From assembly GCA_018224485.1 (NCBI GenBank), contig JAGTVE010000012.1, positions 1-49,002 of the forward strand: a DNA stretch of 49,002 nucleotides, written 5' to 3'. Both the position numbers and the translations under genes were made by a program. The number at the start of each line of letters is the position of its first letter. The stretch's first letter is position 1. The notes below the pieces were generated by a model. That model made no database searches. It was given only the letters and a program-made list of their open reading frames with translations, and was not told where the DNA came from. This DNA is from Thioalkalivibrio sp. GTDB lineage: Bacteria > Pseudomonadota > Gammaproteobacteria > Ectothiorhodospirales > Ectothiorhodospiraceae. Shown here piece after piece: positions 31,453 to 42,277 of the stretch.

Positions 31453-32357
31453 TCGGCCATCCCGCCAATCTCCGCGTGCGCGGAAGACTGGAGCGCGACG
31501 TGCCGCTGGCCGGGATGACCTCCTGGCGGGTCGGCGGCCGGGCCGAGTGGCTGTTCGAGCCCGAGGACGTGGACGATCTCGCCCATTTTCTCGTGTCCGT
31601 GCCGGAGACCTTTCCGCGAACGCTGCTGGGTCTGGGCAGCAATGTCCTGGTCCGTGACGGGGGCATCGACGGCGTGGTGATCCACCTCTCCGGGACGCTG
31701 AACCAGCGTCTGCGCCTGGACGCCGAACGGGTGGAACTCGGTGCGGGGCTGGCCTGCGCCCAGGCGGCGCGGTTCTGCGCCGCGGAGGGTCTCACGGGGG
31801 CCGAGTTCCTCGCGGGCATACCGGGCACGATCGGGGGTGCACTGGCGATGAACGCCGGCGCATGGGGCGGCGAGATCTGGCCCCTGGTCGAGTGGGTGGA
31901 GACCATGGACCGCCAGGGCCTGCGGCTGGTCCGCACCCCCGGGGACTTCCAAATCGCCTATCGCAGTGTCACCGGTGCCGGGGAGGCGTTCTTTCTGCGC
32001 ACCGTGCTGCGCCTGCAGCAGGGCGACCCGTCGGCCGCGCGCGCACGCATTCAGGACCTGCTGCGTGAACGCTCGGAGAAGCAGCCAGTGGGTCTGCCCT
32101 CGGGGGGATCCGTCTTCAGAAACCCCGCAGGCGGCCACGCGGCGGTGCTGATCGAGCAGGCGGGCCTGAAGGGTCTGCGGCGTGGCGGCGCCGAGGTGTC
32201 GCGCAAGCACGCGAACTTCATCACCCACGAGGGGACGGCCTGCGCGGCCGACATCGAATGGCTGATCGGGGAGGTCCAGCGGCGGGTCGAGGCCCGTTCC
32301 GGCATTCGCCTGATCCCGGAGGTTCAGGTGATCGGCCGCAAGGAGACGCAGCAATGA
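31449..32357 (+). CDS. murB: UDP-N-acetylenolpyruvoylglucosamine reductase
   Basis: [29 protein letters not shown]....[17 protein letters not shown]. Confidence 0.96.
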   Translation: MIGHPANLRVRGRLERDVPLAGMTSWRVGGRAEWLFEPEDVDDLAHFLVSVPETFPRTLLGLGSNVLVRDGGIDGVVIHLSGTLNQRLRLDAERVELGAGLACAQAARFCAAEGLTGAEFLAGIPGTIGGALAMNAGAWGGEIWPLVEWVETMDRQGLRLVRTPGDFQIAYRSVTGAGEAFFLRTVLRLQQGDPSAARARIQDLLRERSEKQPVGLPSGGSVFRNPAGGHAAVLIEQAGLKGLRRGGAEVSRKHANFITHEGTACAADIEWLIGEVQRRVEARSGIRLIPEVQVIGRKETQQ

Positions 32358-33313
32358 CGAAGATAGCGGAGCGGTCCCGTCGCTACGGGCGGGTGGCCGT
32401 GTTGATGGGCGGCTGGTCCGGGGAGCGGGAGATCTCGCTGTTGAGCGGGGATGCGGTACTGCGGTCGCTGCTGCGCAGCGGCGTCGACGCGGTACCGATC
32501 GACCTGACCACGGAGCGGGCGCGCAGCCTGGACCTGCTGGGCTTCGACCGGGCCTTCATCGTCCTCCATGGCGAGGGCGGGGAGGACGGCACGCTTCAGG
32601 GCTGCCTGGACATCGCCGGTGTGCCCTACACCGGATCGGGCGTGCTGGGCTCGGCACTGGGAATGGACAAGCTGGCCTGCAAGCGTTTGTGGGCCGGCAC
32701 CAACCTGCCCAGTGCGCCCTATCGGCTGCTGTCCAGGGACTTCGACCCGGAGGCGGTCGCCGACGCGCTGGGGCTGCCCCTGATCGTGAAGCCCTCCCGG
32801 GGCGGGTCCAGCCAGGGCCTGACCCGCGTCGAGAGCGTTGCCGCACTGCAGCCCGCGTACGAGGAGGCCTGCCGGCAGCCGGGCGCGGTCTTCGCCGAGG
32901 AGTGGATCGTCGGCCGCGAATTCACGGTGGCCATTCTCGACAACCAGCCATTGCCGGTGATCCAGATCGAGACGCCGGGCCGCTTCTACGACTACCACGC
33001 GAAATACGAGGCGGACACCACGCGCTACCTGTGCCCGCCGCCACTGGATTCCGCTGCATTGATCGAACTGCAGACCCTGGCGCTGAGCGCCTTTGCCGCG
33101 GCCGACGGCTACGGTTGGGGACGGGTGGACCTGCTCCAGGACGCCCATGGCGAGAACTACCTGATCGAGGTCAATACCGTTCCGGGCATGACCGCACACA
33201 GCCTGGTGCCGAAGGCCGCGGCGCAGGCGGGGATCGACTTCGACGAACTCTGTCTGCGCATCCTCGACACCAGTTTCCGACCGTCGGAGAGGGGTACCGA
33301 TGGCGACGCGTAA
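32354..33313 (+). CDS. ddl: D-alanine--D-alanine ligase
   Basis: GG.S.EREISL.SG, LHG..GEDG, MDK, KP...GSS, FYDY.AKY, EVNT.PGMT..S. Confidence 0.96.
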   Translation: MTKIAERSRRYGRVAVLMGGWSGEREISLLSGDAVLRSLLRSGVDAVPIDLTTERARSLDLLGFDRAFIVLHGEGGEDGTLQGCLDIAGVPYTGSGVLGSALGMDKLACKRLWAGTNLPSAPYRLLSRDFDPEAVADALGLPLIVKPSRGGSSQGLTRVESVAALQPAYEEACRQPGAVFAEEWIVGREFTVAILDNQPLPVIQIETPGRFYDYHAKYEADTTRYLCPPPLDSAALIELQTLALSAFAAADGYGWGRVDLLQDAHGENYLIEVNTVPGMTAHSLVPKAAAQAGIDFDELCLRILDTSFRPSERGTDGDA

Positions 33314-34088
33314 TCGCAGGCGCCAGCAGCGCACCGCCCTGCTGCAGAAGGCACGCCCGGTGCTGGGAGCGGGTGTTCGCGTTGCCGCCGGGATGGCACT
33401 GGCCGGGGCGGTGGTGCTGGCCGCGGGCCTGGTCGCGCGCATGGATCTCGACACCCTGCTGCGAATCGAGCGGGTGGAGTTGACCGAGGACCTCCGTCAG
33501 CTGCGCCTGGAAGACGTCGAGTCGGTGCTGGCCGGTCACGGGCGCGGGTTCTTCGTGATGGACCTCGACCGGGTGCGCGAGGAACTGGAGGCGATGCCCT
33601 GGGTGGAGTCGGCCCGGCTGCGCAGGCGCTGGCCGGAGACCCTCGAGGTCGCGATCACCGAGCCGGTGCCGGTCGCGCGCTGGGGCGGGGACCATCTTCT
33701 GGACCGCCAGGGCGGGGTCTTCGGCCCAGTGGACCTCGGGGACTGGGAGTTCCTGCCCGCGCTGGAGGGCGCGGCGGGCCGCCAGCTCGAGCTGATGCAG
33801 CGCTACCTGGAGGTGTCGGCACGACTCGCCGACATCGGTCTGGCCGTCTCCGGTGTCAGCGAGAGTGCCCGCAGGGCCTGGACGATACGACTGGAGAACG
33901 GCGGAGAGATCCTGATGGGCCGCGACAGCGATCTGTCCCGGCTGGAACAGCTGGTGCCGCTGATGCCGGTACTGCGCGAGCGGTCCCCCGAGCCCCTGGC
34001 GCGCGTGGACCTGCGCTATGCCCGGGGCGCCGCGGTGGCCTGGCAGACGGCCTCCGCCGGCCAAGACCCGGAGGCAACCACGCGATGA
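33300..34088 (+). CDS. ftsQ: Cell division protein FtsQ
   Basis: TM, POTRA domain PWV..A.LRR.WP..L, PVARW, C-terminal VDLRY..G.AV. Confidence 0.92.
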   Translation: MATRNRRRQQRTALLQKARPVLGAGVRVAAGMALAGAVVLAAGLVARMDLDTLLRIERVELTEDLRQLRLEDVESVLAGHGRGFFVMDLDRVREELEAMPWVESARLRRRWPETLEVAITEPVPVARWGGDHLLDRQGGVFGPVDLGDWEFLPALEGAAGRQLELMQRYLEVSARLADIGLAVSGVSESARRAWTIRLENGGEILMGRDSDLSRLEQLVPLMPVLRERSPEPLARVDLRYARGAAVAWQTASAGQDPEATTR

Positions 34089-35347
34089 AACGGAACACGG
34101 GACGCAACGTGATGGCGAAGAGGGCGGTGGAACAGGGCCTGATCGTGGGCCTGGACATCGGTACGTCGAAGATCGAGGCCGTCGTCGGTGAGGTCAACGA
34201 GGACGGCGTGATCGAGATCATCGGGATCGGATCCTCGCCCTCGCACGGGCTGAAGAAGGGGGTGGTGGTCAACATCGAGTCCACTGTGCAGTCCATTCAG
34301 CGCGCGGTCGAGGAGGCCGAGCTGATGGCCGGCTGCGAGATCCACGCGGTCTACACCGGCATCGCCGGCAGCCACATCAAGAGCTACAACTCCACCGGCG
34401 TGGTCGCGATCCGCGTGCAGGAGGTCAGCATCAGCGACGTCGAGCGCGTGATCGACGCCGCCCGCGCGATCGCGATCCCGGCGGACCAGAAGATCCTGCA
34501 CGTGCTGCCGCAGGAATACATCATCGACGGCCAGGAGGGCATCCGCGACCCGATCGGCATGTCCGGCGTCCGCCTCGAGGCCCGGGTGCACCTGGTCACC
34601 GGGGCAGTCTCCGCCGCCCAGAACATCGTGAAGTGCGTCGAGCGCTGCGGTCTGCGCGTGGACGACATCATCCTCGAACAGCTCGCCTCCAGCTACTCGG
34701 TGCTCACCGAGGACGAAAAGGACCTGGGCATCTGCCTGGTGGACATCGGCGGGGGGACGACCGACATCGCGGTCTTCGCGAACGGCGCGATCGCCCATAG
34801 CGCGGTGATCCCGATCGCCGGCGACCAGGTGACCAACGACATCGCCGTCGCGCTGCGCACCCCGACGCAGTACGCAGAGGAGATCAAGATCAAGTACGCC
34901 TGTGCGCTGCGGCAGCTGGCCGACCCCGGGGAGACCATCGAGGTGCCGGGGGTCGGCGACCGGCCCGCGCGGCGGCTGTCCCGACAGACCCTCGCGTCGG
35001 TCGTCGAGCCGAGGTACGAGGAGCTGCTGCAGCTGGTACAGGCCGAACTGCGGCGTTCGGGATCGGAAGAACTGATTGCCGCCGGCGTGGTGCTGACCGG
35101 CGGTTCCTCGCGCATGGAGGGTGTGGTCGATCTCGCCGAGGAGGTCTTCCACATGCCGGTGCGGCTCGGCATGCCGCACAGCGTCAGCGGACTGATCGAC
35201 GTGGTGCGCAACCCCATCCATTCCACCGGCGTCGGGCTGCTGCTGTATGCCCAGCAGGCGCGGGCGGAACAGGAGGCGCGTCCGGTGGACACCGGTTTCC
35301 AGGGTGTCTGGCGGCGCATGAAGAACTGGTTTTCGGGGCATTTCTGA
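34085..35347 (+). CDS. ftsA: Cell division protein FtsA
   Basis: GLDIGTSK, DIGGGTTD, VLTGG, amphipathic tail W.RMKNWF; alternative ATG at 34112. Confidence 0.97.
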   Translation: MKRNTGRNVMAKRAVEQGLIVGLDIGTSKIEAVVGEVNEDGVIEIIGIGSSPSHGLKKGVVVNIESTVQSIQRAVEEAELMAGCEIHAVYTGIAGSHIKSYNSTGVVAIRVQEVSISDVERVIDAARAIAIPADQKILHVLPQEYIIDGQEGIRDPIGMSGVRLEARVHLVTGAVSAAQNIVKCVERCGLRVDDIILEQLASSYSVLTEDEKDLGICLVDIGGGTTDIAVFANGAIAHSAVIPIAGDQVTNDIAVALRTPTQYAEEIKIKYACALRQLADPGETIEVPGVGDRPARRLSRQTLASVVEPRYEELLQLVQAELRRSGSEELIAAGVVLTGGSSRMEGVVDLAEEVFHMPVRLGMPHSVSGLIDVVRNPIHSTGVGLLLYAQQARAEQEARPVDTGFQGVWRRMKNWFSGHF

Positions 35348-35427
35348 CCCCTAAAGGGGTGCCGGCGGCCCGCTCGCCGACGGCACCAAGGTGACTCGAC
35401 ATCGACCCCACACAGGAGGGCACAACC

Positions 35428-36591
35428 ATGACATTCGAACTGATGGATACCTTTACGCAGAGCGCCACGATCAAGGTGATCGGAGTGGGCGGGGGCGGCG
35501 GCAACGCCGTGCAGCACATGGTCTATTCGCAGCTGGAGGGCGTGGACTTCATCTGCGCCAACACCGATGCCCAGGCCCTGAAGAGCCTCGGCGCCAAGAC
35601 GCTGCTGCAGCTTGGCGGCGATATCACCAAGGGGCTGGGCGCCGGTGCCGATCCTGCGGTGGGCCGCGAGGCGGCGCTGGAGGATCGCGAACGCATCCAG
35701 GAACTGCTGCAGGGGGCCGACATGGTCTTCATTACCTCAGGCATGGGTGGCGGCACCGGCACCGGCGCGGCCCCGGTGGTCGCGCAGCTCGCCAAGGAGA
35801 TGGGGATCCTGACCGTCGCCGTCGTCACCAAGCCGTTTCCCTTTGAGGGCAAGAAGCGCATGCAGGTGGCGATGTCCGGCATCAAGGCGCTGACCGAGCA
35901 GGTCGATTCGCTGATCACCATCCCGAACGAGAAGCTGCTGACGGTCCTGGGCAAGAACACCAGCCTGCTCGACGCCTTCAAGGCAGCGAACGATGTGCTC
36001 TTCGGTGCCGTGCAGGGAATTGCCGAGCTGATCACCCGCCCGGGCCTGATCAACGTCGACTTTGCCGACGTGCGCAACGTGATGCGCGAGATGGGCATGG
36101 CGATGATGGGCACGGGTTCCGGGGCCGGCGAGGACCGGGCGCGGCAGGCGGCCGAGGCGGCGATCGCGAGCCCGCTGCTGGAGGACATCGACATCTCCGG
36201 GGCGCGCGGCATCCTGGTGAACGTGACCGGTGGCCTGGATGTCGGGATCGGGGAGTTCGAGGAGGTCGGCGAGGCCGTGAAGGCGCTGGCGTCCGAGGAT
36301 GCGACGGTCGTGGTCGGCACGGTGATCGATCCCGAGATGACGGACGAACTGCGGGTGACCCTGGTCGCGACCGGACTGGGCAGTCCTGCCAAGCAGGCCG
36401 CTCCCGAGCGTCCGAGTGTCCGGGTCGTGGATGCCGCGCCCCCGCGCCGTGTCGCCGGCTCCGATCTCGAGGGACTGGAGCGGCCGACCGCGCTGCGCCG
36501 TGGCGAGGGCAACGCCGCGGTGGACTACGCGGGACAGACCGGGATCGACGTGCTCGACATTCCGGCCTTTCTGCGCAAGCAGGCGGACTGA
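35428..36591 (+). CDS. ftsZ: Cell division protein FtsZ
   Basis: GVGGGGGNAV, GGGTGTG, NVDFAD, LDIPAFLRKQAD; AGGAGG RBS. Confidence 0.99.
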   Translation: MTFELMDTFTQSATIKVIGVGGGGGNAVQHMVYSQLEGVDFICANTDAQALKSLGAKTLLQLGGDITKGLGAGADPAVGREAALEDRERIQELLQGADMVFITSGMGGGTGTGAAPVVAQLAKEMGILTVAVVTKPFPFEGKKRMQVAMSGIKALTEQVDSLITIPNEKLLTVLGKNTSLLDAFKAANDVLFGAVQGIAELITRPGLINVDFADVRNVMREMGMAMMGTGSGAGEDRARQAAEAAIASPLLEDIDISGARGILVNVTGGLDVGIGEFEEVGEAVKALASEDATVVVGTVIDPEMTDELRVTLVATGLGSPAKQAAPERPSVRVVDAAPPRRVAGSDLEGLERPTALRRGEGNAAVDYAGQTGIDVLDIPAFLRKQAD

Positions 36592-36711
36592 GGCGCAACT
36601 ATGCAGGATGAGCGGAATCCTGCAATAATGCTGTCATTGTTGTGCGCAAGTCCGGGCCCGTGTTGACTTTCGGGCCCGGACCACGACCCCCATCCCTGGA
36701 GTGAGCTTGCG

Positions 36712-37635
36712 TTGATCAGGCAGAGAACGCTCAAGAACAGTATCCGCGCCACGGGTGTCGGCCTGCACACCGGCGAGAAGGTGACACTGACCCTGCGGCC
36801 CGCCGCACCCAACACGGGTGTGGTCTTTCACCGCTCGGATCTCGATCCGGCGGTATCGATCAATGCGGCCGCGGAGAATGTCGGCGATACCCGGCTGTCC
36901 ACCACGCTGGTCCGTGACGGGGTGCGCGTCTCCACCGTCGAACACCTGCTGTCGGCCGTGGCCGGCCTCGGCATCGACAACCTGCACGTGGATGTCAGTG
37001 CGTCCGAGGTCCCGATCATGGATGGCAGCGCGGGGCCGTTCGTGTTCCTGTTGCAGTCGGCAGGGCTGGAGGAGCAGAACGCGGCGAAGAAGTTCATCCG
37101 CATCAAGCGCACGGTGGAGATCCACGACGACGACAAATGGGTGCGCTTCGATCCCTACGAGGGCTTCAAGGTCGGTTTCTGCATCGACTTCGAGCATCCG
37201 ATGTTCACCAGTGGGAGCCAGCGTGCGGAGCTCGACTTCTCCTCCACGTCCTTTGTGCGGGAGGTGTCCCGGGCCCGGACCTTCGGCTTCATGCGGGATA
37301 TCGAGGCCCTGCGTGCCAACCAGCTGGCGCTCGGGGGCAGCCTCGACAACGCGATCGTGCTGGACGATTTCAAGATCCTGAACGAGGACGGCCTGCGTTA
37401 CGAAAACGAACTCGTGAAGCACAAGATCCTCGACGTGGTCGGCGACCTGTACCTGCTCGGACACAGCCTCATCGGCGCGTTCACCGGACACAAGTCGGGT
37501 CATGCGCTGAACAACCAGCTGATCCGACAGCTCAAGCAGGATCAGGAGGCCTGGGAACTGGTCACCTTCGAGGATGCGTCGCAGCCGCTGCCGATCTCCT
37601 TCGGGCAGCTGACCCAGACCCTGGGCGGCGCCTGA
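36712..37635 (+). CDS. lpxC: UDP-3-O-acyl-GlcNAc deacetylase
   Basis: QRTL, GVGLH.G, TVEHL, E.PIMDGS, ARTFGF, HKILD..GD, HKSGH; TTG start. Confidence 0.97.
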   Translation: MIRQRTLKNSIRATGVGLHTGEKVTLTLRPAAPNTGVVFHRSDLDPAVSINAAAENVGDTRLSTTLVRDGVRVSTVEHLLSAVAGLGIDNLHVDVSASEVPIMDGSAGPFVFLLQSAGLEEQNAAKKFIRIKRTVEIHDDDKWVRFDPYEGFKVGFCIDFEHPMFTSGSQRAELDFSSTSFVREVSRARTFGFMRDIEALRANQLALGGSLDNAIVLDDFKILNEDGLRYENELVKHKILDVVGDLYLLGHSLIGAFTGHKSGHALNNQLIRQLKQDQEAWELVTFEDASQPLPISFGQLTQTLGGA

Positions 37636-37678
37636 CCAACCCGGATCGGTCGGGACACGCCCGGCCGCGACCTGCGCG

Positions 37679-38134
37679 TCACCGACTGCCGGAGCCCCGA
37701 CGTGCCAGACGCCTCAGCGCGTCGGCGAGGCGCCGATCGGTGATACCGGACGCAGCAGCCCGCAGGGCCTGGCTCGCCGAGGAGGGCATCGTCCGTTCCG
37801 TTTGCGGTGCCATGGGCGTCGCTGCCGGAACGGGTGCCGAGATGACCACGCGAACCTGTTCGATTGCCGGATACCCGGCTGCGTTCAGCGTCTTTCGCAT
37901 GTCCCGCTGCAGGAAGCGCAACTCGGTTGCGCAGGCCGGGTCGCGGCAGGCGATGACCAGGGTGCCGCCATCCGTGGTCACGTCGATGCGACGCTGCTCC
38001 AGGAGCGGTCCGAGGATGCCCTCGAGGGCTCGGCGGATGCCGGCATCACCGCGCGAGCGCATGCGCCACGCCGGATCGATGTAAGAGGCCAGCGGCCGCG
38101 GCGCCGATCGTTTTCCATCCCCGTTCCGGTTCAT
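37679..38134 (-). CDS. dciA: DciA/DUF721 family replicative helicase loader
   Basis: About 151 aa, GTLVI....A.ATELRF....., C-terminal ITD..LA.AL.RLA; conserved opposite-strand position between lpxC and secA; GGAGG before ATG 38134. Confidence 0.75.
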   Translation of the reverse strand: MNRNGDGKRSAPRPLASYIDPAWRMRSRGDAGIRRALEGILGPLLEQRRIDVTTDGGTLVIACRDPACATELRFLQRDMRKTLNAAGYPAIEQVRVVISAPVPAATPMAPQTERTMPSSASQALRAAASGITDRRLADALRRLARRGSGSR

Positions 38135-38269
38135 CCCGCCTCCGCCGGAGCCAGCATGGCTCGAGTATAACCGGCGAGGCCCGCCGTGGGTGTCCTGGCG
38201 GGCCGGGACGTTCACCGCGGTATGCGGTATCCTACCGGGCTTTCATCGTGTTGTTCTGCACAGGGTCTC

Positions 38270-41056
38270 ATGGTCACCAGTCTCGTACGCAAGTTGTTCG
38301 GCAGCCGCAACGATCGCGCGATCAAGCGCTACCAGCGGGTGGTACGCGTGATCAATGCCGTGGGCGAGGAGATCGATCGCCTCTCGGATTCGGAACTTGC
38401 GGGCAAGACGGCCGAGCTGCGCGGCCGGCTGCAGGGCGGCGAGAGCCTGGAGGGCCTGCTGCCCGAGGCCTTCGCGGTATGCCGGGCGATGAGTGCAAGG
38501 ACGCTGGGCATGCGGCACTTCGACGTGCAGCTGATCGGCGGCATGGTGCTTGATGAAGGGCGCATCGCCGAGATGCGCACCGGCGAGGGCAAGACGCTGG
38601 TCGCGACCCTGAACGGCTACCTGAACGCGCTCTCGGGCGATGGTGTGCACCTGGTCACGGTCAACGACTACCTCGCGCGCCGTGACGCCGTCTGGATGGG
38701 CCGGCTGTACCACGCGCTCGGCCTCTCGGTGGGTGTGATCAACAGCTCGGGCGGGCTGGGCGCGGACACCTCCTCCTACCTCTACGATCCGGACTATCAC
38801 CCGGAGGGCGAGGGCCACCCGCGTCTGCGCCCGGCGACCCGGCGCGAGGCCTATGCGGCCGACATCACCTACGGCACCAACAACGAATTCGGCTTCGACT
38901 ATCTGCGCGACAACATGGCCTTCCGCGCAGAGGACCGGGTGCAGCGCAAGCTGAACTACGCGATCGTGGACGAGGTGGACTCGATCCTGATCGACGAGGC
39001 CCGCACGCCGCTGATCATCTCCGGCCCGAGCGGCGACAGTTCGGAGATGTACACGCGCATGAACACCATCGTGCCGCAGCTGACGCAGCAGGAGGACGAG
39101 GAGTCCCCGGGCGACTACTACGTGGACGAGAAGGCCAAGCAGGTCTTTCTGAGTGAAGAGGGACAGGAACGCGTCGAGCAGCTGCTGCACGAGCACCAGC
39201 TCCTCGAGGAGCACCAGACGCTCTACGATGCGGCCAGCATCCCGGTGCTGCATCACCTGAACGCGGCACTTCGGGCCCACGCGCTATTCAAGCGCGACGT
39301 GGCCTACCTGGTGCGGGAAGGCAAGATCCTCATCATCGACGAGTTCACCGGCCGCACCATGCCCGGCCGGCGCTGGTCCGAAGGCCTGCACCAGGCGATC
39401 GAGGCCAAGGAGGGGGTGCCGATCCAGCAGGAAAACCAGACCCTGGCGTCTATCACCTTCCAGAACTACTTCCGTCTCTACGAGAAGCTGGCGGGGATGA
39501 CCGGTACCGCCGACACCGAGGCCTACGAATTCCAGACCATCTATGCCCTCGAGGTGGTGGTGATTCCGGGCAACAGGCCCCTGAACCGCAATGACATGCA
39601 GGATCTGGTCTACCTAACGCAGGACGAGAAGTTCAACGCCATCAGCAAGGAGATCAACTGGTGCGTGGAGCACCAGCAGCCCGTGCTGGTGGGTACGGCC
39701 TCGGTGGAGGCCTCCGAGCGGCTGGCCGGTGCGCTGAAGCGGACCGGTATCCGCTTCGAGGTCTTGAACGCGAAGCAGCACGAGCGCGAGGCCCACATCA
39801 TCGCCCAGGCCGGTCGGCCCGGTGCGGTGACCATCGCGACGAACATGGCCGGCCGTGGCACCGACATCGTGCTGGGCGGTGGCCTGGACGCCGAACTGGA
39901 GGCCCTGGGCGACCATCCGGATGAGGCCGAGGTGGAGCGCGTGAAGGCCGAGTGGCAGCAGCGCCACAACGCGGTGGTCACGGCCGGCGGGCTGCACATC
40001 ATCGGTTCCGAGCGCCACGAATCCCGCCGCATCGACAACCAGCTGCGGGGGCGGTCGGGGCGCCAGGGCGACCCGGGCTCCAGTCGGTTCTTCCTGTCGC
40101 TGGAAGACAACCTGATGCGCATCTTCGCCTCGGAGCGGGTCCGGGGTCTGATGCAGCGGCTGGGCATGGAGCAGGGCGAGGCCATCGAGAATGCATGGGT
40201 GAGCCGTGCGATCGAGAACGCCCAGCGCAAGGTCGAGGCCCACAACTTCGACATCCGCAAGCAGCTGCTCGAGTACGACGACGTCGCCAACGACCAGCGC
40301 CGGGTGATCTATGAGCAGCGTGCGGAACTGCTGACGGCCGAGGACATCTCGGACACCATCGACGCGCTGCTGCTGGACGTGGTGAACGGGGGGGTTAGCC
40401 GCTACATCCCGCCGGGCAGCGTCGAGGACGAATGGGATGTCTCGGGCCTGACCAGCTATCTGGCCTCCGAGTTCGGGCTCGAACTGCCGGTGCAGGACTG
40501 GCTCGACAACGAGAAGGACCTCCACGAGGAGCCCCTGCGCGAGCGGATCGTGGACAAGGCGCGTGCGGTGATCGAGGAAAAGCGGGCCGCGATGGGCGAC
40601 GACCTGATGAAGCGGCTGCAGCGCGACGTGATGCTGCAGGTGCTGGACAGCCAGTGGAAGGAGCACCTGGCGGCGATGGACTACCTGCGTCAGGGCATCG
40701 GCCTGCGCGGCTACGCGCAGCGCAACCCGAAGCAGGAATACAAGCGCGAGGCCTTCGCGATGTTCGAGGCCCTGCTCGAGCGGATCAAGCACGATGTGAT
40801 CAAGATGCTGCTGCGCCTGCAACTGCGCTCCGAGAGTGCGGCGGAGGAGTTCGGCCGCCGCTTCGCGCGCGCGCCAGAGGGCATCCAGTTCAAGCACGAG
40901 GATCCGGGCAGCCCGCTGCGGGATCGGGAGGAACGGGCGGAGGCCCCGGATTCGGCCCAGCCCTTCCGGCGCGAGGGGCCGAAGCTGGGCCGGAACGATC
41001 CCTGCTGGTGCGGTTCCGGCAAGAAATTCAAGCACTGCCACGGCCGCCTGAGCTGA
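38270..41056 (+). CDS. secA: Preprotein translocase ATPase SecA
   Basis: [59 protein letters not shown]-terminal [18 protein letters not shown]. Confidence 0.99.
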   Translation: MVTSLVRKLFGSRNDRAIKRYQRVVRVINAVGEEIDRLSDSELAGKTAELRGRLQGGESLEGLLPEAFAVCRAMSARTLGMRHFDVQLIGGMVLDEGRIAEMRTGEGKTLVATLNGYLNALSGDGVHLVTVNDYLARRDAVWMGRLYHALGLSVGVINSSGGLGADTSSYLYDPDYHPEGEGHPRLRPATRREAYAADITYGTNNEFGFDYLRDNMAFRAEDRVQRKLNYAIVDEVDSILIDEARTPLIISGPSGDSSEMYTRMNTIVPQLTQQEDEESPGDYYVDEKAKQVFLSEEGQERVEQLLHEHQLLEEHQTLYDAASIPVLHHLNAALRAHALFKRDVAYLVREGKILIIDEFTGRTMPGRRWSEGLHQAIEAKEGVPIQQENQTLASITFQNYFRLYEKLAGMTGTADTEAYEFQTIYALEVVVIPGNRPLNRNDMQDLVYLTQDEKFNAISKEINWCVEHQQPVLVGTASVEASERLAGALKRTGIRFEVLNAKQHEREAHIIAQAGRPGAVTIATNMAGRGTDIVLGGGLDAELEALGDHPDEAEVERVKAEWQQRHNAVVTAGGLHIIGSERHESRRIDNQLRGRSGRQGDPGSSRFFLSLEDNLMRIFASERVRGLMQRLGMEQGEAIENAWVSRAIENAQRKVEAHNFDIRKQLLEYDDVANDQRRVIYEQRAELLTAEDISDTIDALLLDVVNGGVSRYIPPGSVEDEWDVSGLTSYLASEFGLELPVQDWLDNEKDLHEEPLRERIVDKARAVIEEKRAAMGDDLMKRLQRDVMLQVLDSQWKEHLAAMDYLRQGIGLRGYAQRNPKQEYKREAFAMFEALLERIKHDVIKMLLRLQLRSESAAEEFGRRFARAPEGIQFKHEDPGSPLRDREERAEAPDSAQPFRREGPKLGRNDPCWCGSGKKFKHCHGRLS

Positions 41057-41065
41057 GTCCGCGCC

Positions 41066-42277
41066 GTGGCCGTCGCGCTGCAGGCTCCGGGCCGCCTGGC
41101 CCCGGTGCGCGGGATCCGACTCGCGGCATGTGCCGCCGGGATCCGCTACCGGGGCCGGGACGACCTGGTGCTGATCGATGCGGGCCGGGACGCGGCGGTC
41201 GCCGCACTGTTTACCCGTAACGCCTTCTGCGCCGCGCCGGTGCATATCGCCCGCGAGCACCTCGCCGCGGGCCGCCCGCGCTGGCTGCTGATCAATGCCG
41301 GTAACGCCAACGCCGGGACCGGGACGGCGGGGCTTGCCGCGTCCCGCAAGACCTGTGCGGACCTCGGGCGGATCCTGGACGCGCCGGCGCAGTCGGTGCT
41401 GCCCTTTTCCACCGGTGTGATCGGCGAGCCGCTGCCGGTCGAGCCCATCGCGGCCGCGCTGCCCGCGCTCGCCGAAGGGCTTGAAGCCGACGGCTGGCTG
41501 GCCGCGGCCCGGGCGATCATGACCACCGACACCGTGCCCAAGGGTGCCAGCCGGACGATCGCCCTGAGCGGCGGCACCGTGACCGTGACCGGCATCGCCA
41601 AGGGATCGGGCATGATCCACCCGGACATGGCGACGATGCTGGCCTTCATCGGCACCGATGCGGGACTCGACGCGGATCTGCTGCGGCAATTGCTCACCGA
41701 GGCGGTGGAACACAGCTTCAACGCGATCACCGTGGACGGAGACACCTCCACCAACGACGCGGTGGTCGGCATCGCAAGTGGCGCGAGCGGCGTGACCGTG
41801 TCGCCCGGCCCGGACCTGGAGCGCCTCGCCGCGGCCCTGAACGCAGTGTGTCTGGAGCTTGCCGAGGCCATCGTGCGTGACGGCGAGGGTGCGACGAAAT
41901 TCGTCCGGGTCACGGTGCAGACGGCCCGGGACCCCCACGAGGCGCGCCGGGTGGCCGAGGCCGTCGCGCTCTCGCCACTGGTGAAGACGGCGCTGTTCGC
42001 ATCCGATCCCAACTGGGGGCGGATCCTCGCCGCGGTCGGCCGCGCCGGGGTGGAGGATCTGCGGATCGGGGACGTCGGCATCGCGGTGAACGGCGTCCGC
42101 ATCGTCTCGGCGGGCGGCCGTGCGCCGGACTACACCGAGGAGGCCGGCCAGCAGGCCTTCGGCGCAGCCGAACTCGACATCGTGATCGACCTTGCGCGCG
42201 GCGGCGCCGGATACCGCAAGTACACCTGTGACCTCTCCTACGACTACGTCCGGATCAACGCCGACTACCGGTCCTGA
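41066..42277 (+). CDS. argJ: Bifunctional ornithine acetyltransferase/N-acetylglutamate synthase
   Basis: FT.N.FCAAPV, GNANA.TG, IMTTDT, KGSGMIHPDMATML (autocleavage Thr), DTSTND, DGEGATK, DPNWGR, INADYRS. Confidence 0.97.
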   Translation: MAVALQAPGRLAPVRGIRLAACAAGIRYRGRDDLVLIDAGRDAAVAALFTRNAFCAAPVHIAREHLAAGRPRWLLINAGNANAGTGTAGLAASRKTCADLGRILDAPAQSVLPFSTGVIGEPLPVEPIAAALPALAEGLEADGWLAAARAIMTTDTVPKGASRTIALSGGTVTVTGIAKGSGMIHPDMATMLAFIGTDAGLDADLLRQLLTEAVEHSFNAITVDGDTSTNDAVVGIASGASGVTVSPGPDLERLAAALNAVCLELAEAIVRDGEGATKFVRVTVQTARDPHEARRVAEAVALSPLVKTALFASDPNWGRILAAVGRAGVEDLRIGDVGIAVNGVRIVSAGGRAPDYTEEAGQQAFGAAELDIVIDLARGGAGYRKYTCDLSYDYVRINADYRS

